A stretch of 64,000 nt of DNA from an uncultured Acidobacteriaceae bacterium. Its GTDB lineage: Bacteria > Acidobacteriota > Terriglobia > Terriglobales > Acidobacteriaceae. Position numbers and translations under genes: made by a program. The stretch's first letter is position 1, and each line of letters opens with the position of its first letter. Under the pieces are notes generated by a model. It was not told where the DNA came from and did not search any database. It was given only the letters and a program-made list of their open reading frames with translations. Below, piece after piece: positions 58,834 to 64,000 of this stretch. The stretch lies in the NCBI GenBank assembly GCA_963807725.1, contig CAWECL010000006.1, positions 81,435 to 145,434 on the forward strand. Direction: 5' to 3'.

Positions 58834-59163
58834 CTAACTATTGCGAACGAATTCGTAAGAATCGATGACACAAGCGACGCCCCGGTTTTCTCCCGCTTCG
58901 GCGCTGGCGTTGGGCTCGTCGGTCCGCACCACGCGGCCGCGGCACTGAATCACAACATCGTCCTTGCCACCCGTTACCTCGGGAGGCAAAGTGATCTCAA
59001 ACTCAACAGGCGAGCCGACCTCGAGCGATGCGTCAGCGCGGATATACACTCCGGCTGCGCTCAGATTCCCGGTCATGCCGCTCATGTCGACCGTGGTATC
59101 TTCCTTATGAATCTTGATCGGCAACTGCAGCGGAAACCTTTTCCCGGTACGTGCTTCAGTCAC
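58834..59163 (-). CDS. PilZ domain protein (c-di-GMP receptor motifs intact)
   Basis: RTGKR matches RxxxR and NLSAAG matches (D/N)xSxxG. GAGGAGG lies about 5 nt upstream of the GTG start. It sits 39 nt upstream of the regulator gene. Confidence 0.8.
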   Translation of the reverse strand: MTEARTGKRFPLQLPIKIHKEDTTVDMSGMTGNLSAAGVYIRADASLEVGSPVEFEITLPPEVTGGKDDVVIQCRGRVVRTDEPNASAEAGENRGVACVIDSYEFVRNS

Positions 59164-59204
59164 GACTCCTCCTCTGCTCTCGCCTTGCGCTTCCTGTGAA
59201 TCTC

Positions 59205-59226
59205 AAAAAAACCGCGTCATTCGCGG
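59205..59226 (-). promoter_or_regulatory. Terminator-like hairpin plus U7 inside the leader, about 45 nt upstream of the PilZ start (candidate attenuator)
   Basis: The minus strand reads CCGCG-aatga-CGCGG followed by TTTTTTT, flanked by an A5 run that could extend the stem. Confidence 0.4.
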
Positions 59227-59411
59227 ATTTTTCAGCTCAAAGCTTCAAAAGCAGTCTATATCCGGGTTATATCACGGGCCACACCGAAAACAATCCCAAC
59301 ATTACGAACGTAACGCGGTTGCTAACAGGCGCTCGCAGGGCAAAGCCGGGCGTTTTCCCCAATTTCCTGCCCCATTCGAGGGAGAATCATCCCTGCAACC
59401 CTTGCAAAAGC

Positions 59412-59440
59412 AAAAAAACCACCCCGATACGGGGTGGTTT
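59412..59440 (-). terminator. Rho-independent terminator of gene 59461..59817
   Basis: The minus strand reads AACCACCCCG-tat-CGGGGTGGTT followed by a T7 run. Confidence 0.6.
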
Positions 59441-59460
59441 CTGGTTCCCAAAATCCCAGG

Positions 59461-59817
59461 CTACTTCTTCATATCATCTTTCTTCTTGCCCATTTCCTCT
59501 TCCTTGGCCTCATGGTAACCAGCCTTGGTGGCGTCGGCTTCGGTCATATATTGTCCGTGCTTCGTCTTCCCGTACCAGGGATCTCCCTCCTTGTGGAACA
59601 CTTTGGTCGAAGTATTCACCCACACCTTGCCGCCGCCTCCGCCTGGAGCTTGCGCGATGGTGGATGGATCGACCGGTTTTTCTTTCGTCTTTTTCGCCAT
59701 CTTGTCGCTTTTCATCGTGTCCGAAGAAGTTGCCGGTGCCGCCTGTGCCAGGCACACGCTGGTCGCTACCGCCAACAGCACAGCCAGGGCCATTAATTTC
59801 AATTTTGCAGTTTTCAA
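59461..59817 (-). CDS. Small secreted Lys-rich protein
   Basis: AGGAGG precedes a TTG start ([26 protein letters not shown] signal peptide). The conserved-looking block is [42 protein letters not shown]. Confidence 0.55.
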   Translation of the reverse strand: MKTAKLKLMALAVLLAVATSVCLAQAAPATSSDTMKSDKMAKKTKEKPVDPSTIAQAPGGGGGKVWVNTSTKVFHKEGDPWYGKTKHGQYMTEADATKAGYHEAKEEEMGKKKDDMKK

Positions 59818-59980
59818 AGGATTTCCTCCTGAAGAGTAAATTTGGTTTCCGCTCGTCAAACTTTCAACTACCTACCTTTACGGTGGAGGATTATACAGAG
59901 GCAGTCCGACCTGGTGAGATTCTTTTGTGCAACCTTCAGCCAAATATCGCGTATTTTGGACGTGCACAAATGGAGGAAGC

Positions 59981-61834
59981 GTGGTCATCGTGCTCATGGG
60001 AGTTTCCGGCTCGGGAAAGACGACCGTCGGACGACTTCTGGCGTCGCAACTGAGCTGGGAGTTTGCCGACGCGGACGAATACCATTCGCCGGCGAACGTT
60101 GCGAAAATGCGCAGCGGAATCCCTTTAACCGACGCTGACCGTGCGCCATGGTTGCAGACACTGAGCGACCTCGTTACAACGTGGATCGCCTCGAAGAAAA
60201 ACGCGATCCTCGCGTGTTCGGCATTGCGGCAAACTTACCGTCAAAGCTTGGCAGTGAGTCCAGAAGTCCAGTTCGTCTACCTGAAGGGCACGCCAGAATT
60301 GCTCCAGCAGCGGTTGCGTGCGCGGGTCGGGCATTTCATGACGGCGCGCATGCTGGAGAGCCAGTTGGCGACGCTCGAAGAACCAGTGTGCGTTCCAACC
60401 GTTGATGTTGATCAATCATCCGAGAGCATCGCTGCGGAAATTCGCGCCAAACTGCACCTGACATCAAATGTAGAGGCCGGGCTGGTCGCGTCTTCGTCGT
60501 CGCCAGCGCTCCCCGCACGTGGGGCCGCTGCACCCGAAACAAGAGGTGAGACCGCCGCGATCGAAGCAAGAGTTTTGAGGACGCTCAGCTGGCGGCTAAT
60601 CCCTTTCCTGTTTCTTCTCTACATCGTTGCCTATCTGGATCGTATCAATGTTGGCTTCGCTGCACTGCAGATGCGTCAGCAACTCGCGTTTACCGACTCC
60701 GTCTATGGCCTTGGGGCGGGGATGTTTTTTGCCGGTTACTTCTTTTTTCAGGTGCCGAGCAATCTAGCCCTGCAACGCGTGGGGGCGCGGCGATGGATTG
60801 CCCTGCTAATGATGGTTTGGGGAATCATTTCAGCATCGATGATCACGGTCAGCGGCCAGCGCAGCTTTTACCTTCTGCGTTTCTTGCTGGGTGCCGCTGA
60901 GGCTGGATTCTTTCCCGGCGTGATCCTCTATCTCAAGAACTGGTTTCCGGCGCAGGCTCGAGCCCGAACCCTGGCCCGATTCATGACCGCCGGCCCGCTC
61001 TCGGGAGTCGTTGGCGGCCCGCTCTCCGGCGCGCTGCTTGGACTCCATCTGACCAAAGGCCTGGCCGGATGGCAGTGGATGTTTCTCATGGAAGGAATTC
61101 CTGCCGTCCTCCTCGGCGCAGTGGCATGGGCGTACCTGGTTGATCGGCCAGAGGAAGCGCGTTGGCTCCCAAGCGCCGAGCGAGATTGGTTGGTCGAGAC
61201 TCTGCAGCGCGAACGCAACAGCGTCGCGGCAGTGACCGGACAATTCGCAGCCCTGCAGAGCGGACGAATCTGGATGCTGGCACTGGTGTATTTCGGCTTG
61301 AATACTGTTTCGTACGGCATAAGCCTGTGGTTGCCGACCCTGATCCGAAGCGTGTCGGGGGTGAGCAACTTCGTGATCGGCTTGCTGTCCGCGATTCCAT
61401 ACATAGCCGCCGCCGTCGCCATGGTGGCCGTAGGTATTCACTCCGACCGCAGTGGAGAGCGTCGTTGGCATACGGCGATCCCTGCCTTGGCTAGCGCTTT
61501 GGCCCTCACGGGAGCGGCCTATTCGACTTCAGCGGCGCCGGCGATTCTCTGCATCAGTGTCGCGGTGCTGGGCGTGAATTGCATGCTGGGGCCGTTCTGG
61601 GCGATGCCGACTTCATTGCTCTCGGGCACGGCCGCTGCGGCCGGAATCGCATTCATCAATTCAGTAGGGAATCTCGGAGGATTCGTCGGTCCGTATGCCA
61701 TTGGATTGGTCCGTACCTCAACCGGCCAGTTCAAAGGCGGCTTATTGCTGGTGAGTGCGGCGCTCGCGATGAGCGGAGCGATAACCCTCATGGTCAGACT
61801 CAAAAGCAGAGAGGGTTTTGCGGCCGGCAACTAG
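59981..61834 (+). CDS. gntK: Fusion protein: gluconokinase (GntK-type P-loop kinase) + MFS transporter (anion:cation symporter-like)
   Basis: VIVLMGVSGSGKTTVGRLLA...DADEYHSPANVAKMRSGIPLTDADRAPWL...ACSALRQTYR matches GntK. After a linker of about 40 aa comes a 12-TM MFS domain (LYIVAYLDRINVGFAALQM, GARRWIALLMMVWG). It is a single uninterrupted ORF. I prefer the GTG start after GGAGGAAGC. Confidence 0.85.
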   Translation: MVIVLMGVSGSGKTTVGRLLASQLSWEFADADEYHSPANVAKMRSGIPLTDADRAPWLQTLSDLVTTWIASKKNAILACSALRQTYRQSLAVSPEVQFVYLKGTPELLQQRLRARVGHFMTARMLESQLATLEEPVCVPTVDVDQSSESIAAEIRAKLHLTSNVEAGLVASSSSPALPARGAAAPETRGETAAIEARVLRTLSWRLIPFLFLLYIVAYLDRINVGFAALQMRQQLAFTDSVYGLGAGMFFAGYFFFQVPSNLALQRVGARRWIALLMMVWGIISASMITVSGQRSFYLLRFLLGAAEAGFFPGVILYLKNWFPAQARARTLARFMTAGPLSGVVGGPLSGALLGLHLTKGLAGWQWMFLMEGIPAVLLGAVAWAYLVDRPEEARWLPSAERDWLVETLQRERNSVAAVTGQFAALQSGRIWMLALVYFGLNTVSYGISLWLPTLIRSVSGVSNFVIGLLSAIPYIAAAVAMVAVGIHSDRSGERRWHTAIPALASALALTGAAYSTSAAPAILCISVAVLGVNCMLGPFWAMPTSLLSGTAAAAGIAFINSVGNLGGFVGPYAIGLVRTSTGQFKGGLLLVSAALAMSGAITLMVRLKSREGFAAGN

Positions 61835-61846
61835 GAGGCGTCAGGT

Positions 61847-63196
61847 TCAAGAGTTCGGCTGCACAATCAAATTGTGCCGGCGAAGCACCCGTTTTCGTAA
61901 AGATTCCTGCACCGGCGCACTCGCAGCAAGTGCGCATAGAACATAGAACAGAGCCGCGTTGGCTGGAATCTGCAAATTGAAGTCGAGGAAGCTGTGCACC
62001 AAAATTCCGACACAGCCCAGCAGCGCCGACACCGTCAACGCGCCGCTGGCGGTCTCGGTCCAATTCTTAAGTTTGCCTGACGCTTGCCGGAACATAACCA
62101 CCAAAAACCAGATTGCAATCGAGAATCCGGCTAAGCCGGTTTCAACCAGCAGTTGAAGATAGTCATTGTGCGCCTGGTTCACGAAGAAGGTGGTGTAGAA
62201 GCTGCGAAATTCCGGATAAACGATCGGGAAAGTTCCGAGTCCCCAACCGAGAATCGGTCTCTTGAAGAACATGCGCAGACAGTCGCGATCGATACTCAAG
62301 CGGACTCCACCGTTGATTTCTTCGCGCGCTTCCGAGTGGATGCTGATCAACCGGCGCGTGAGTTCATTACCTCCCAGCCAGACCAGAAAAATAACCACCA
62401 GCGCCAAAAACATCCCCAGCATCAAGGGTTGTTTCCAGCTTCCGTCTCGCTTGCGAACCAGAAGTATGGCGAGCACCACGATCTCGGCAGCGAACGCGAT
62501 CATGCCTCCGCGCGAGCCGGAGAGAAAAATGCTCGCCGCCATCAGCGCGGCGATCGCCGCGACTACGATCTTGCGGCTCCCGTTGGTGAACTGGGTCGCT
62601 GCCAAAACCATGGGGAAGGGCAGAAGCATCTCCATCAGCCCGGCATAATGATTGCGGTTTACGTAGGGCCCGTAAATCGAGCCGCCCTGTTCCGCGGTCA
62701 ACCACCAGTAGATCTTTCCGTTGGGCGCCATGCCCTGCAGAATCGCAAACGATGCCAATAAAACTCCGTAACCTGTAAACAACTTGGCCAGCATTTCGAA
62801 CTGCGAAGACCGGCGCAAGGTCTGGGTCACAACAAAAGCGAGCATCCCGTACGCGGCATACAGCAGTAAGTGAGAGTAGGTCACTTGACGATAGGCGGTT
62901 GCGATCACCCATTGCAGAAGGAGCAATGCAAAAAAAGCCGCCATCGGACGGTAGATCGGTTGCTCGAGCAGGTTGATTTCGCGGCTATTCCACTGGCGAA
63001 ACGCCCAGAGCGATAACACGGCCACGGCGCCGCATTCCAAAGCAAAAATAGACCAGGGTTCGACCGCTCCAAAGGCCAGCGGTCCCAGAAGAAGTACTGC
63101 CCCCGCGCTCATCAGCAGCGCGCCGTTGGTGAGCAACGGTCGCGTGGCTTTCGCCACTGGCTTGGGTTCGGGTTGCGTTGCCAGGACTGAACTCAC
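61847..63196 (-). CDS. O-antigen ligase / polymerase family (Wzy_C-type) membrane protein
   Basis: Has about 11 TM helices with the periplasmic loop GPYVNRNHYAGLMEMLLPF, typical of the O-antigen ligase family. Confidence 0.7.
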   Translation of the reverse strand: MSSVLATQPEPKPVAKATRPLLTNGALLMSAGAVLLLGPLAFGAVEPWSIFALECGAVAVLSLWAFRQWNSREINLLEQPIYRPMAAFFALLLLQWVIATAYRQVTYSHLLLYAAYGMLAFVVTQTLRRSSQFEMLAKLFTGYGVLLASFAILQGMAPNGKIYWWLTAEQGGSIYGPYVNRNHYAGLMEMLLPFPMVLAATQFTNGSRKIVVAAIAALMAASIFLSGSRGGMIAFAAEIVVLAILLVRKRDGSWKQPLMLGMFLALVVIFLVWLGGNELTRRLISIHSEAREEINGGVRLSIDRDCLRMFFKRPILGWGLGTFPIVYPEFRSFYTTFFVNQAHNDYLQLLVETGLAGFSIAIWFLVVMFRQASGKLKNWTETASGALTVSALLGCVGILVHSFLDFNLQIPANAALFYVLCALAASAPVQESLRKRVLRRHNLIVQPNS

Positions 63197-64000
63197 GGTT
63201 TGTCCCCGGACTTAGAGGATGTGTCGGAGGATTTACCGGCGGCCCGATCGGAGGGCTGCTCGGAGGACTGAACAGAGTCGTCGTCCGTGGAATGATTCGC
63301 GGAGTCTTCCGCTGAACCGCTGGGCGAAAGCTCGAATCCATCGAGCCAAAGTTTCCCACGAATCGGAGAACCGGCAGGGAAGCGCTCGATCCCCAACACC
63401 AATAAGGTGGTCGTGGTTGGGACAGTTACCTGGGAGTGAACTTCCTTCCAGAAGTCGGCGTCGTTGAGCGGGTCGCTGGCATATAACGGCGTGCCGGTGT
63501 AAGCATCCCGCAAAACGATCTGCGGCCCACCCGCTCCTTCAAACTCGCCAGACTTGTAATACGCGGAGAAATCGTAACTGATCCCGCCGCGCACAGGAAT
63601 CAGTTGCTGAATCCCGGCGTCGCTGATTCCCGGTCCTTCGAAGGTAAGGGACAACGAACGGTCGCCCTCACGAAAATCGCTTTGATCCAGCAACGGGCGC
63701 ACTCCGGTGCGATTGACGTAAGTCCAGTCGAATCCGCCATTCAGGATGGGTAGGCCAAAGTCACCGTTCACCACCAAGTTGTCTTCAGAAGGAAGATAGG
63801 ACGATAAACCCAGCGTGTCGGCGCTTCGCTCCCATGCAGACATCGCAGCGTCAGGACGACGTGCTCCAATCAGAAAGTGCACGTAATCGTAGAGATGGCG
63901 GTTCTCGAATTTCTGATGAAGTTGTGTCAGCCGGTCCCACGTCTTGATCGTGGCTTCGGTTTCTTTCTTGCCCATCAGCAAATCGAGAAAGGCCAGCAAG
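63193..64000 (-). CDS. Protein with TPR-like region and CBM4/9-like jelly-roll domain, C-terminal part (5' end outside window)
   Basis: NLVVNGDFGLPILNGGFDWTY...SLSLTFEG...ISYDFSAYYKS...GKLWLDGFEL resembles carbohydrate-binding jelly-roll modules. It has an acidic/Ser-rich tail. Its stop overlaps the start of the ligase-like gene by 4 nt. Confidence 0.6.
   Translation of the reverse strand, partial: LLAFLDLLMGKKETEATIKTWDRLTQLHQKFENRHLYDYVHFLIGARRPDAAMSAWERSADTLGLSSYLPSEDNLVVNGDFGLPILNGGFDWTYVNRTGVRPLLDQSDFREGDRSLSLTFEGPGISDAGIQQLIPVRGGISYDFSAYYKSGEFEGAGGPQIVLRDAYTGTPLYASDPLNDADFWKEVHSQVTVPTTTTLLVLGIERFPAGSPIRGKLWLDGFELSPSGSAEDSANHSTDDDSVQSSEQPSDRAAGKSSDTSSKSGDKP

Noticed and set aside
59330-59352. 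A GCAGGGCAAAGCCGGGCG stretch is reminiscent of the c-di-GMP-I (GEMM) riboswitch core near a PilZ gene.
   Set aside because: It lies on the plus strand, whereas the PilZ operon is on the minus strand. Only about 8 nt match, which is expected by chance in 64 kb, and the flanking P1/P2 helices and the GNRA tetraloop-receptor are not evident.

Overview
This is a 64-kb, moderately GC-rich chromosomal segment with about 55 protein-coding genes. I found no rRNA, tRNA, CRISPR array, transposase or integrase.

Taxonomy (inference): an Acidobacteriota (Terriglobia-like) genome. The pointers are:
- CarboxypepD_reg-type TonB-dependent receptors ending in FALKLVF / FALRLAF
- a BlaI/BlaR1 pair with a non-PBP sensor tail
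- several Hanks-type kinases and many TPR or envelope proteins

Housekeeping content:
- a partial F1Fo ATP synthase operon (b', b, delta, alpha, gamma, beta, epsilon; no a or c subunit)
- serS, map, pyrD, hbd, pruA
- a class II photolyase, a GH3 beta-glucosidase with a PA14 insert, and an alkaline-phosphatase-family enzyme

Most interesting items:
1. A 1170-aa single polypeptide fuses GH18-like, CE4 (NodB) deacetylase and processive GT2 synthase domains. It is divergent from a GT-C (ArnT/PMT-like) glycosyltransferase. This looks like a self-contained GlcNAc-polymer exopolysaccharide machine.
2. A BlaI-BlaR1 module whose sensor is an array of 28-aa repeats. A secreted paralog of the same array follows it, and tandem TACGAA-N4-TTCGTA palindromes sit at the blaI start.
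3. An envelope cluster with an orphan HxxxCxxC anti-sigma-like membrane protein, a Cys/His secreted protein and a Met/His-rich outer-membrane protein.
4. A gluconokinase-MFS transporter fusion.
5. A PilZ gene coupled to a LuxR-type regulator with a dead receiver, behind a long structured leader.
6. A secreted eqolisin (G1)-like protein.
7. Several indel-type gene disruptions: atpF, atpD and paiB once each, and a TonB-dependent receptor shredded into at least 7 fragments.

Limits: all coordinates derived from reading nucleotides by eye may be off by a few bases. Functional calls rest on motifs recognised in the supplied translations, not on database searches.
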